A stretch of 51,144 bases of DNA from Candidatus Fervidifonticultor quintus (GCA_031459535.1 JAVKIJ010000012.1:1-51144), one strand, 5' to 3'. Counted from the stretch's first letter, positions 40,571-50,229 are shown. Translations and numbers: made by a program. The notes: generated by a model from the letters alone, not told the origin.

Positions 40571-42805
40571 TCACGTAGGGACGACCCGCGCGACACTGAA
40601 CACCTCGGGGACCTTCTCGACTTTCTGGATGACCGCATGGAGCTGCCCCACGTTGCGGATATCCAACACCAGGTTCGTGATGACCACCTTGTCCTTCCGG
40701 ACGCGGGCATTGACCGAGAGCGCGTTGGTCTTCGTCTCCGCCACAGCCGCCATGATGTCCTTCAGCAACCCGACCCGGTCAAAGGCCTCCACTTCAATCT
40801 CGACCTGGTAGGCGCCCTCTGCCGCCGTCTCCCAGTCCACCTCGAGGAACCGTTCGGGATGTGATCGGAGGAAGGTGATGTTGGGGCAGTCTAGGCGGTG
40901 CACGGTCACGCCGCGCCCTCGGGTGATGTATCCGACGATGCGGTCGCCTGGCAGAGGCGTGCAGCAGCGCGCGAAGTTGATGAGCACGTTGTCCACGCCC
41001 CGTACGCGCACCCCCGCCGCCCGCGCCGGCACCGAGGGCGCGCTGGGCAGCGCAGGCTCCACGACCGCCGCCTGGCCCTGACCGCGGAGCGCTTGGGCCA
41101 CCTGGAGGAGCGAGAGGTCGCCGTTGCCCACGGCCGCCAGCAGCTCCTCCTCCGAAGGCATGCCAAATTGCCCCGCGATCTCTTCGAGCCGCTCGGGCTT
41201 CATCGCCGCGGCCACCGCGCCCGTACGCCGCAGCTCCCGCTCCAGCATCTCCCGGCCGCGGGCGACGTTCTCCTGATGGCGCTCGTGCTTGAACCACTGC
41301 CTGATCTTGGCCCGGGCGTTGCTTGTGGCCACGAACGCGAGCCAGTCGCGGCTGGGCCCGGGGCTAGTCTTGCTGGTGACGATCTCGACGATGTCGCCCG
41401 TGTGCAACTTCTGGGATAGCGGGACCAGCCGTCCGTTGACCCTGGCTCCCACGCAGTGGTGACCCACGTCAGTGTGGATGCGGTACGCGAAGTCTACGGG
41501 CGTGGCTCCTGCCGGCAGGTCGACCACATCGCCCTTGGGGGTGAAGACGAAGACCTCGTTCTGGAACAGGTCGAGACGGACCGACTGGACGAACTCGCGG
41601 GCATCGGCCAGGTCCTTCTGCCACTCGAGCAACTGTCGGAGCCAGGCCAGCTTCTGATCCGCGGCCGCCACCACCGCCTTTCCCTGCTTGTACTTCCAGT
41701 GCGCCGCGATGCCCCGCTCGGCTTCCTCATGCATCTGATGGGTGCGGATCTGGATCTCCAGCGGTTCCCCCTCATGGAGAACCGCCGTGTGCAGGGATTG
41801 ATAGCCGCTGGTCTTGGGGTTGGCGATGTAGTCGTCGAACTCACCGGGAATCGGCTTCCAAACCGCATGCACGACGCCCAGGGCAGCATAGCAGTCCCTG
41901 ACGTCGTCGAGCAGGACCCGGACCCCCAGTCGGTCGTAGATGCGAGCGACGGGTTGGCCGGCGTACTTCGGCCGCTGCATCTTCCGCCAGATGCTGTAGA
42001 TGTGCTTGGGGCGCCCGGTGATGTTCCGGGGGTCCACCTTGATCCCGGCGCGGGTGAGCTCCCGGTGGAGGACCGCGCAGACCCGGTCCACGATCTCCTG
42101 GCGGGTGCTCTCGGCCTGCGCCAGCTCCCGTGTCAGGTTGAGATAGGTCTCGGGTTGCAGCTCTCGAAAGGCCAGGTCTTCGAGTTCCTTCTGGATGCTG
42201 CCGATCCCGAGACGTTCGGCCAGCGGCGCGTAGATATCGAGGGTCTCCTGCGAGGTGCGCTGGCGCTTCCACTCAGGCAGCGGGGCGATCGTCCGCATGT
42301 TGTGCAGGCGGTCGGCCAGCTTGATGAGCACGATGCGGATGTCGTTAGCCATGGCCAGGAACATCTTGCGCAGGTTCTCGGCCTGTCGCTGCTCCCGGCT
42401 CTGCCATTCGATTCTTCCCAACTTGGTGACGCCGTCCACGAGCGTGGCGATCTCTGCGCCGAAACGCTCCAGCAGTTCCGCCGGTTCGACCCCGGTGTCT
42501 TCCAGCACGTCGTGCAGCAGCGCCGCGGCCACCGTGATGGGATCCAGGTGGAGGTCCGCCAGGATCCTGGCGACCGCCACCGGATGGGCAATGTACGGAT
42601 CGCCGGAGGCGCGCATCTGCCCCTCGTGTGCGCGGGCTGCGGCCAGGTACGCCTCGCGGACGATGTCCAGGTCGGCCTTGGGGAAGTGCTGACGCAGCGT
42701 GGCAACCAAGCCCTGGACCTCGGAGGGCAGGTCCTGGAAGCTACTCTGCTGTCGTCGCAGATCCAGCCACTTCACAACCGCGGTCGCCTCGCCGTTTTCC
42801 TGCAA
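40571..42805 (-). CDS. rel: Long RelA/SpoT homolog, (p)ppGpp synthetase/hydrolase
   Basis: HD domain (HPVAV, LLHDVLED, KLADRLHNMRT), synthetase (GRPKHIYS, YQSLHT, EIQIRT), TGS, ZFD (ARCCTPLPGD, HRLDC) and ACT domains; start approximate. Confidence 0.95.
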   Translation of the reverse strand: MQENGEATAVVKWLDLRRQQSSFQDLPSEVQGLVATLRQHFPKADLDIVREAYLAAARAHEGQMRASGDPYIAHPVAVARILADLHLDPITVAAALLHDVLEDTGVEPAELLERFGAEIATLVDGVTKLGRIEWQSREQRQAENLRKMFLAMANDIRIVLIKLADRLHNMRTIAPLPEWKRQRTSQETLDIYAPLAERLGIGSIQKELEDLAFRELQPETYLNLTRELAQAESTRQEIVDRVCAVLHRELTRAGIKVDPRNITGRPKHIYSIWRKMQRPKYAGQPVARIYDRLGVRVLLDDVRDCYAALGVVHAVWKPIPGEFDDYIANPKTSGYQSLHTAVLHEGEPLEIQIRTHQMHEEAERGIAAHWKYKQGKAVVAAADQKLAWLRQLLEWQKDLADAREFVQSVRLDLFQNEVFVFTPKGDVVDLPAGATPVDFAYRIHTDVGHHCVGARVNGRLVPLSQKLHTGDIVEIVTSKTSPGPSRDWLAFVATSNARAKIRQWFKHERHQENVARGREMLERELRRTGAVAAAMKPERLEEIAGQFGMPSEEELLAAVGNGDLSLLQVAQALRGQGQAAVVEPALPSAPSVPARAAGVRVRGVDNVLINFARCCTPLPGDRIVGYITRGRGVTVHRLDCPNITFLRSHPERFLEVDWETAAEGAYQVEIEVEAFDRVGLLKDIMAAVAETKTNALSVNARVRKDKVVITNLVLDIRNVGQLHAVIQKVEKVPEVFSVARVVPT

Positions 42806-42838
42806 GACTTCGGTGTCACGGGTGCGGGCCCTGCTGCG

Positions 42839-45800
42839 CTAGGGACGCGCCAGATCCGCCAGGATCGTGGAGGCGGGGCCGCTCGCCCACGCCCTCAGGT
42901 CCGCCAGCGCCGCGCCTTCGCGTACGCCCTCGCGGTAGCGCAACGACCGGTCCAGATCCATGCGCACCGAGGGCGGGACCAGGGTGTAGCGTACCGAGGA
43001 GCCGACGGTGTCCTGTGCGGACGCGATACCCGCCTCCACAAAGATCTCCAGCGCCGCCGCGTGCATCTCGGCGTCGGGCCCGCCAGTGCCGTCCAATGGC
43101 GATCCCTCCGGTGGCCACAGGAAGGCTCCACCCCTGGCTTGCTCCCTGAAGTGATGGTAGCACTGCACCAGGGCCTCTCTGGAGGGGAACCGCCTCCGGA
43201 CTGCGCGGGCCAGCGCCTCCAGGTCCCGGGCCGCGTAGTGCAGGTCGATCACCGTCGGCTGCCCGCCCACCCTGGCCGCGCCCAAACTCTCGGCGGCCAG
43301 CAGCCGCGTAGGGGGCAGGCCGGCCGCGATCACCCGGGATACGTCGGACGGGACGGCTGGCGCCGCCAGGAGTGACCCCGCGACCAGCGCACGGAGGCGA
43401 CCGGCGGCGAACAGGTCCTCCAGGACCCTGCGCAGCGCCGGCGGCAGGCCGTGGTGGTAGTAGGCGACGAGGCCGGTGGGAGCAGGCAGGGCATCCCGGA
43501 GCCTGCTGGCCAGAGCGACGCTCGATACGGGGTCAGAGGCGATGACCAGCGCCCGCTCGGTCGGCCCCAGAACTACATTCCTGCCCTCTCCGTCGGCCGT
43601 GCTCCGGTGGTCTACGACGCGCAGGTTGGTCCGGGGTTCGAGACGCGCCCGCAATGGCGCGACCTCTGAGGCCCCCAAGGCGGCAAATAACCGGTCGACC
43701 GAAGCCGGGCCAACGGCGGCTCTGATGCGATCACCAAAGAGTTCACGCAGGGCGCGCAGCTCGTGGGCGGGCGCCACATCATCCGCGATCACCACGACCG
43801 CGCGCGCCTCGGGTTTGTGATGGCCCGTCCAGGCCGCTGAAGCCAGGAGGACATCCACCGCGCCCTCGTCCAGCCACTGGGCCAGCTCGCCGCGGCGCCG
43901 CGCCGGAAGAGCCCCATGGGCGGCCAGGAGGCGCAGCCCGGCTCCGCGCATCCACGGATCGAGGGCAGCCCACCACATATCGACCTCGCTGGCACGGGGT
44001 AGCACCAGGAGGATGGGGCCACCATCCCGGGCGAACAAGACGGCGCCGATCACCGCCGCCAGCGCGGCAAGCCCCCACCCTGCTCCAATGGGCACCGCTG
44101 CCCGCTTGCCATCTGCGAGCACGCCCAGGACCTCCCGGTGGAACGCCGCTAGCGCCCGTCCGCGCATCAGGCGTGCCTCGGCCCACTCGAGGAACCCGGG
44201 GCCGCGCGGCGGGCGAGCGGCCGGGTCTTCGGCCCCGGGTTCGCCCGACCAGGGTGTCTGCCGCTCAATGTAGATGTTCAGGCCCCAGGCGCGATCACCG
44301 CCGCCGGTCACCGCCGTGGCCGTCGCCGCGTACCGCGCTCCGGCGTCCATGGAGGGCGCGAGTCGCCCCGCAAGCGACGCGCGCAGGAAACCGAGCTGGC
44401 GGCCGTCCCCCAGGCACACCTTGACCGCATGGGGATCGCGGGGATTCCTGGGGTCACGGACGAGGCGAAGGCGTTCACCCTCCCGTACCTCAGCGACCAG
44501 GGCCTGCCGGCCCTCGAAGGTGACCCCGACGACTTTGGTATGGAAGGCCGCGGCATGCTCGATGCCGACGCTGGGGTCACCGAGATAGTCGCCTGCCCGC
44601 TCGAACAGCCGGGCCAGCACCTGGTTGGTGTCGGACGCAATGGTCGCCGCATCCACGTCCGGGGTCCACAAGTGCTCGACGACCAGCTCCACCGAGGGCT
44701 CCTCGCGCCAGCGGTCGAGCTCGACCCTGTACGCCAGATCGAGGCGGGACTGGCTGAAAGCCAGCAGTTCGACCCGGTCGCCGAGTCGAAAGCCGATGGC
44801 ATCGGCGGTGCGGACGCCGTCGGTCACGATCAGCCGTAGGTGCGCACCGCCGCCCACGGTCCGCGTCCCTGCCGCCCGGAGTCCGCGGCTGAGGAACACC
44901 GGGGCGGAATTGCCCACACCAAAGGGCGCGAGCCGCTCCAGCTCGACGGCCAGCGCGCCGGTCAGCTCGCTCAGTCCGATTTCCGCGTCCACCTCTGCCA
45001 CCGGCCGCAAATCGTCCGCCGAAAGCCGGGAAGCCACCACACCCACAAACGCCTCCCTGAAGCGCGGCACTGCGTCGGCACGAAGGGTCAATCCCGCTGC
45101 CATGGCGTGCCCGCCGTAGGCCAGCAGGAACTGCGAGGCGCGCGACAGGGCGTCAACCACGTGCAGGGGCGGGATGCTCCGAGCCGAGCCCTTGCCGATG
45201 CCGTCGTGGAGCGCCACCAGCACGGTTGGTCGGTGATAGCGCTCGACGATCTGTGAGGCTACAATCCCCACCACACCCGGGTGCCAGCCCTCGCGCGCCA
45301 ACACCAATGCGGGCTGGTCCGCCAGTCCGGCGGCCTCGATCTCGTCCACCACCTCGGCGAAGACGCGCTCGCAGAGCGCGCGCCGCTCCCTGTTGAGCCG
45401 GTCCAGCGAGCCGGCGATGCGCCGCGCTTCCTGAGGATCATCCGTGAGAAGCAACTGTACCGCGTCCGCGGCGTGGGCCAGACGGCCCGCGGCGTTGAGC
45501 CTGGGGGCCAGTGCATGCGACAGATCCCGTGCACACAGCGGCGGCTGGACCCCGGCGATGTCCATCAGAGCCCGCAGTCCCGGGATCGCCGTGTGGCCTG
45601 CTTGGTGGAGACCCTGCGCAACGATCGTTCGGTTGTCGCCGCGAAGGGGAACCGCGTCCGCCACCGTGCCCAGGGCTGCCAGCGCCAAGAGCTCATCGTC
45701 GCCGAAGTCGCCGCTCAGGCGATCGCAGAGGCCGCGCACCGCCAGATAGGCCAGCCCCGCGGCAGCGAACTCCGTGGCAGCACCACTCAGCGCAGGGTTC

Positions 45801-46351
45801 ACCAGCGCCACTGCCCGCGGGAGGGCACCGACAGCCAGGTGATGGTCGAGGACGATCAGATCGCACCCGGCGGCGGCCGCACCCTCGGCGGCCGCCGCCG
45901 CGCTGGTGCCGCAGTCCAAGGCCACGATCACCCGGGCGCCAGCCGCTGCGAGCCTCGCCACTGCCGCCGTGTGCAGGCCGTAACCCTCGCCGCGCCGGTC
46001 CGGGATGTAGAAGTCCACGGCCGCGCCCGCGGCACGCAGGCCGCGCACCAGCACGGCCGTGGCGGTCACGCCGTCGGCGTCGTAGTCACCGTAGACGACG
46101 ATCCGGGCGCCGTCGCGCACGGCCTGCGCCAGGCGTTCCACCGCGCCATCCATCCCGTCCAGCGCAAAGGGCGATGGGCGTCCGGCGCTGCCCGCGTCCA
46201 GGAACGTCCTCGCCGCCTGGGGGGTCTCTAGACCCCGGTTGATGAGCACCTGCGCGGTGATGGGGTTCACCCCCAGCGCCGCCGCCAGGCGGCGTTGCTG
46301 ATCGGGACGGTGGGGGTGAAGGCGCCAGCGGGCTTCAACCGGCCCGCCCAT
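42839..46351 (-). CDS. recJ: ssDNA exonuclease RecJ with a C-terminal HIRAN domain and a degenerate SF2 helicase-like region
   Basis: YGDYDADG, DHH, GTVAD, PRLNAAGRL, GGHAMAAG and LAPFG motifs, then about 600 extra residues including TKVVGVTF..NPRDPHAV..GFL (HIRAN) and YYHHGL..R..F..G (helicase C-like). Confidence 0.92.
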   Translation of the reverse strand: MGGPVEARWRLHPHRPDQQRRLAAALGVNPITAQVLINRGLETPQAARTFLDAGSAGRPSPFALDGMDGAVERLAQAVRDGARIVVYGDYDADGVTATAVLVRGLRAAGAAVDFYIPDRRGEGYGLHTAAVARLAAAGARVIVALDCGTSAAAAAEGAAAAGCDLIVLDHHLAVGALPRAVALVNPALSGAATEFAAAGLAYLAVRGLCDRLSGDFGDDELLALAALGTVADAVPLRGDNRTIVAQGLHQAGHTAIPGLRALMDIAGVQPPLCARDLSHALAPRLNAAGRLAHAADAVQLLLTDDPQEARRIAGSLDRLNRERRALCERVFAEVVDEIEAAGLADQPALVLAREGWHPGVVGIVASQIVERYHRPTVLVALHDGIGKGSARSIPPLHVVDALSRASQFLLAYGGHAMAAGLTLRADAVPRFREAFVGVVASRLSADDLRPVAEVDAEIGLSELTGALAVELERLAPFGVGNSAPVFLSRGLRAAGTRTVGGGAHLRLIVTDGVRTADAIGFRLGDRVELLAFSQSRLDLAYRVELDRWREEPSVELVVEHLWTPDVDAATIASDTNQVLARLFERAGDYLGDPSVGIEHAAAFHTKVVGVTFEGRQALVAEVREGERLRLVRDPRNPRDPHAVKVCLGDGRQLGFLRASLAGRLAPSMDAGARYAATATAVTGGGDRAWGLNIYIERQTPWSGEPGAEDPAARPPRGPGFLEWAEARLMRGRALAAFHREVLGVLADGKRAAVPIGAGWGLAALAAVIGAVLFARDGGPILLVLPRASEVDMWWAALDPWMRGAGLRLLAAHGALPARRRGELAQWLDEGAVDVLLASAAWTGHHKPEARAVVVIADDVAPAHELRALRELFGDRIRAAVGPASVDRLFAALGASEVAPLRARLEPRTNLRVVDHRSTADGEGRNVVLGPTERALVIASDPVSSVALASRLRDALPAPTGLVAYYHHGLPPALRRVLEDLFAAGRLRALVAGSLLAAPAVPSDVSRVIAAGLPPTRLLAAESLGAARVGGQPTVIDLHYAARDLEALARAVRRRFPSREALVQCYHHFREQARGGAFLWPPEGSPLDGTGGPDAEMHAAALEIFVEAGIASAQDTVGSSVRYTLVPPSVRMDLDRSLRYREGVREGAALADLRAWASGPASTILADLARP

Positions 46352-46353
46352 GG

Positions 46354-46641
46354 TCAGGTCTTCTGGTCCGGCCGGGCCGCCGACAGTTCGTGGACCCTCG
46401 CCTCGAGCTCTCGGATGCGGGCCTGGAGCTGGTGGAGGCGCGCGCGTTGACTGCGCTGTCCGACGGCGTTGCCCACGAACACGAGAAGGCCACCCAACAC
46501 CGCTGCACCGATCACCGCCAGGGCCACGGTGGTCTGGTACTGCCAGACGAGGAAACGCAAGAGCACCGTGCCCGGATTGGCCAGGGCAAACAATACCACC
46601 ACGACCAGCAACACGAGGCCAAACAGGGTGAACGCCGACAT
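46354..46641 (-). CDS. LapA family (DUF1049) small membrane protein
   Basis: Two TM helices with FALAN..V.LRFL.W and a C-terminal coiled coil; typical position between secF and recJ. Confidence 0.8.
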   Translation of the reverse strand: MSAFTLFGLVLLVVVVLFALANPGTVLLRFLVWQYQTTVALAVIGAAVLGGLLVFVGNAVGQRSQRARLHQLQARIRELEARVHELSAARPDQKT

Positions 46642-46647
46642 GACCGC

Positions 46648-47676
46648 CTACCGCCGCTTTGATTTACGCCGCCGCTGGTTGCCCCCGGCCGCTCGTGCGC
46701 CGGCCCCGACGGAACCGCCCGGCACCCGCACGGGCGACGGCTCGGGCACCACCCGGGCAGCCGCAACCGATTCGGCCGCGCCGGCGCGGCGTGCGCGACG
46801 ATCGGCCCACAGGTGCCAGTCCACCAGCAGGGCACTGGCATTGAAGACCGATGAGTAGGTCCCTGTGGCGATGCCCATCATCAGTCCGAAAGCGAAGTCC
46901 CGAATGGTGCTTCCGCCGAAGAAGTACACCGCCGCGATGGCGAGGATGGTGGTCAGCGACGTGTTGATGGACCGCACCAGGGCCTCGAGCAGGCTGCGGT
47001 TGACCAGCCGGTCGAAGGTCTCTCGGGTGCGCATGGCCAGGTTCTCGCGGATCCTGTCGAACACCACGATGGTGTCATTGATCGAGTAACCGACCACCGT
47101 GAGCAGCACGGCCACGAACGAGCTGTTCACTTCCTTCCGGGTCATGGCAAAGACCCCAACCACGACCAAGATGTCGTGGAGCAGGGCGGCGTCGGCCGTC
47201 AGCGCGTACCGGATGGAACGGAACCGAAACGAGATGTAGACGACCTGGAGCAGCAAGCCAACGATGACGGCGGCAATGGCGATGTTGCGCAGTTCCTGAC
47301 CGATCTTGGGGCCGACCTCGTCCTCGCGCAGGACCGTGATGCGACCGAACCGCTGCTTGAACTCCTCGATCAGTCCCCGCTTCTGTTCGGCGTCCAGCGG
47401 CCTGGTTCGAACCAGCACTTCCTGACCGCTCTTCTGGATGATACTCTCGCCGGTGGCGAAGCGGTCCACCACCGGCCGCACGTCGGCCACCTCAAATGGG
47501 CGCTCCAGGCGCAACTGGAAGTAGTTGCCGCCGGTGAAGTCCACGCCCCAGTTGAGCGCGCCTCTCCCGGTCCGCATGTTGTACGTCAGCGCGACGACTC
47601 CAGGGATGATGATCAACATTGAGAGTGTGTAGCCGATCCAGCGCTTCCCAATGATGTCCCAGACCCTGGGTGTCAT
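46648..47676 (-). CDS. secF: Protein translocase subunit SecF
   Basis: GVDFTGG, VGPKIG, ALLHD and GYSINDTIVVFDRIRE; ATG at 47676 overlaps the secD TGA. Confidence 0.95.
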   Translation of the reverse strand: MTPRVWDIIGKRWIGYTLSMLIIIPGVVALTYNMRTGRGALNWGVDFTGGNYFQLRLERPFEVADVRPVVDRFATGESIIQKSGQEVLVRTRPLDAEQKRGLIEEFKQRFGRITVLREDEVGPKIGQELRNIAIAAVIVGLLLQVVYISFRFRSIRYALTADAALLHDILVVVGVFAMTRKEVNSSFVAVLLTVVGYSINDTIVVFDRIRENLAMRTRETFDRLVNRSLLEALVRSINTSLTTILAIAAVYFFGGSTIRDFAFGLMMGIATGTYSSVFNASALLVDWHLWADRRARRAGAAESVAAARVVPEPSPVRVPGGSVGAGARAAGGNQRRRKSKRR

Positions 47677-49052
47677 GACTTGATCCCCCGAGCCATCCGG
47701 GACACGTACGCTCCCAGGCCCGTCGCCGCCGCACCGTCCACCAGCACCCGGGTGACGACAATGGCGCTGAACATGCTGACCAGCACGCCAATGGTCAGCG
47801 TCACGGCGAACCCTCTGATCGGCCCGCTGCCCAGCAGGAAGAGAACCGCGGCGGCGATGATGGTCGTGACGTTGGAATCCACGATGGTGGTCATCGCCCG
47901 ATGCCACCCGGCGCTGATGGCCGCCCGCAGTGTCTTGCCCGCCCGGAGCTCTTCCTTCATCTTCTCGAAGATGATGACGTTGGCGTCCACGGCCATACCC
48001 ACCGAGAGAACGACGCCTGCAATCCCGGGCAGGGTCAGAGTGGCATTCAATCCGCTGAGGGCAGCCAGCACCAGGAGCACGTAGAGCGCCAGGGCCACGT
48101 CCGCCAGGAACCCCGGCAGGCCGTAGTAGAGCAGCATGAAGAGGACCACCCCGGAAGCCGCGATCCAGGCCGCGCGCAGACTGGCGTCAATGGAGTCGCG
48201 GCCGAGCTGCGGCCCCACCGTCCGGTTCTCCACGACCTGCACTGGAATGGGTAACGCGCCGCCCCGCAGGAGCACAGCCAGATCCCGCGCTTCGTCGATG
48301 GTGCGAAAGCCACCGCTGATCTGCCCTGAGCCGCCGGTGATCCGATCGCGGATGACCGGGGACGAGATGACCTCGTTGTCGAGGACGATGGTGAGGTACC
48401 TGCCGACGTTGGCACCGGTGTGGTCCTCAAACTTCTTCGCCGCCCGGCCCCTAAACCTGAAGCTGACTATGGGCTCGGCGGTCTGCTGGTCGAAGGCAGC
48501 CTGCGCGGTCTCCAGGTCGGCCCCCGTCAGGATGACCTTCTTCTCCAGTGAGAGCGTGCGCGGCCCGGCGGGCTGCCCGGTTGCCGGCGGCTGGAACGGC
48601 TCGGGCAGCGTCACGGTCCTGCCGTCGGCGCTCCACCGGGCGCCCTCGGGCAGCGACTGGGCCCCGGTGTCGACGAACTCCAGCAGCGCCGTCTTGCCAA
48701 TGAGGCTGATTGCCCGCTCGGGATCCTGAATGCCAGGTAGCTCGACGATGATCCGGTTGGTGCCCTGGCGCTGAATCGTCGGTTCGACCACGCCTAGTTG
48801 GTCAACGCGCTTCTCAATCACGCGCATGGCCGCGTCCACGGCCTCCGGTGTCGCCTTGGTGTCCTTGGTATCCTGACCTTCGAGGACCAGCAGGCTACCG
48901 CCCCTCAGATCAAGACCCAGGTTCATGCGCAACCGCGGTGCCTGAAAAGCCGGTAAGCGGCCCACCAGCGTGATCGGTTGGAACGCCAGTTGCACGGCAC
49001 CGAGCGCAACGACGAGAATCAGAATCAGACGGAGGCCGAGGCGCGATCCCAA
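47673..49052 (-). CDS. secD: Protein translocase subunit SecD
   Basis: LGLDLRGG, RVDQLGVVEP, VGPQLG, GMAVDANVIIFE and IVDSNVTT; TTG start at 49052 after GGAAGGGG. Confidence 0.95.
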   Translation of the reverse strand: MGSRLGLRLILILVVALGAVQLAFQPITLVGRLPAFQAPRLRMNLGLDLRGGSLLVLEGQDTKDTKATPEAVDAAMRVIEKRVDQLGVVEPTIQRQGTNRIIVELPGIQDPERAISLIGKTALLEFVDTGAQSLPEGARWSADGRTVTLPEPFQPPATGQPAGPRTLSLEKKVILTGADLETAQAAFDQQTAEPIVSFRFRGRAAKKFEDHTGANVGRYLTIVLDNEVISSPVIRDRITGGSGQISGGFRTIDEARDLAVLLRGGALPIPVQVVENRTVGPQLGRDSIDASLRAAWIAASGVVLFMLLYYGLPGFLADVALALYVLLVLAALSGLNATLTLPGIAGVVLSVGMAVDANVIIFEKMKEELRAGKTLRAAISAGWHRAMTTIVDSNVTTIIAAAVLFLLGSGPIRGFAVTLTIGVLVSMFSAIVVTRVLVDGAAATGLGAYVSRMARGIKS

Positions 49053-49090
49053 GGGCCGTCCCCTTCCGTTCAAGCAGAATCTCTGGGCGC

Positions 49091-49112
49091 AAAAAAAACG
49101 GGCCGAAACCCG
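49091..49112 (-). terminator. Terminator-like hairpin plus U8 at the very start of the secD leader
   Basis: CGGGU-UUCG-GCCCG followed by 8 U. Confidence 0.5.
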
Positions 49113-49116
49113 CCAC

Positions 49117-49146
49117 ATTATAGGCGCGGGCCAAAGGCAGTGTCAA
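49117..49146 (-). promoter_or_regulatory. Consensus sigma70 promoter of the secD-secF-recJ-rel operon
   Basis: TTGACA-18 nt-TATAAT. Confidence 0.8.
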
Positions 49147-49293
49147 ACGGTCGGCCACGGGCCAACGCCACTGCCACCGCCGCGCCCGGGGCACAAGCCG
49201 ACGACCCACTCCGGCTCCGCAGGAAGTGCCTGCGCAGGGGAGCGGCGACCGGGCGCGAACCGATGATCCGTGGAGTTGTTCGAGCGCTCCCGC

Positions 49294-50229
49294 ATGGGCG
49301 ATTCAGCCGCCCCGCTCCGCCTCGGCGCGTGCGAGGTCCTCGTCGGCACCTGTTCGTGGGCGGATCGCGGGATGATAGCCAGCGACTTCTACCCGCGGGG
49401 CACGAAGACGGATCCGAAAGCGCGCCTGCAGTTCTACGCGACCGTGTTTCCCACCGTTGAAGTCGACGCCAGCTACCACGCACTCCAGCCCCCAGAACGC
49501 GCCCGGCAGTGGCTCACGTGGACCGCGCCGCGCTTTCGGTTCAACGTCAAGGCCTTCGCCTGGCTCACCAGGCACGAGAGTGACCCCAGCAGGCTGCCCC
49601 CCGACATCGCGGCGCTGCTACCGACGGATCTGCGCTCGGGCGGACCGGTGCCAGGTGATCGCGTACCCGAAGAGGCGCTGGCCGCGGCCTGGGATGCGTT
49701 CGCGGCCTTCGTTGACATCTTTGCGCGATCGGGCCGGCTTGGCTACGTGCTCTTCCAGTTTCCCAAAGGCCTGGGATTCACCGAGGAACTGTTCAGATAT
49801 CTGGACGCCTGGAAAGCCTACCTCCGCGCCTGGCCGGTGGCCGTGGAGATCCGGCACAAGGACTGGCTGTATCGCCGGCACCGGGAGACGTTCTTGGGCT
49901 ACCTCCGCGAGCACGGCTACGCGTACGTGATTCCCGACGCGGTCCAGGCCCAGTACCTGCCGCCGCCCCAGGTCGAGGTGACCGCCGACTGGTCAGTGGT
50001 GCGCTTTCACGGCCGGAACGCAGCGCTCCTGGAACGCCGCGTGTCCACCGAGCGGGCGTACGACTATCTCTACAGCCCCGATGAGCTCGGCGAGTGGGCC
50101 CAGACCGTGCGGCAGATCGCGCTCCGGGTGGGCACGCTCTACCTCATGTTCAACAACCACGCGAGGGGACAGGCTGCGCGAAACGGCCGCGAGATGCAAG
50201 ACCTCCTGGCCGGCCAGGTCCTTCAATGA
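49294..50229 (+). CDS. DUF72 (YecE-like) domain protein
   Basis: VGTCSW, FYP, TVEVDASYH, LFQFP, VEIRH, VRFHGRN, YDYLYS and FNNH; alternative GTG at 49270. Confidence 0.9.
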   Translation: MGDSAAPLRLGACEVLVGTCSWADRGMIASDFYPRGTKTDPKARLQFYATVFPTVEVDASYHALQPPERARQWLTWTAPRFRFNVKAFAWLTRHESDPSRLPPDIAALLPTDLRSGGPVPGDRVPEEALAAAWDAFAAFVDIFARSGRLGYVLFQFPKGLGFTEELFRYLDAWKAYLRAWPVAVEIRHKDWLYRRHRETFLGYLREHGYAYVIPDAVQAQYLPPPQVEVTADWSVVRFHGRNAALLERRVSTERAYDYLYSPDELGEWAQTVRQIALRVGTLYLMFNNHARGQAARNGREMQDLLAGQVLQ

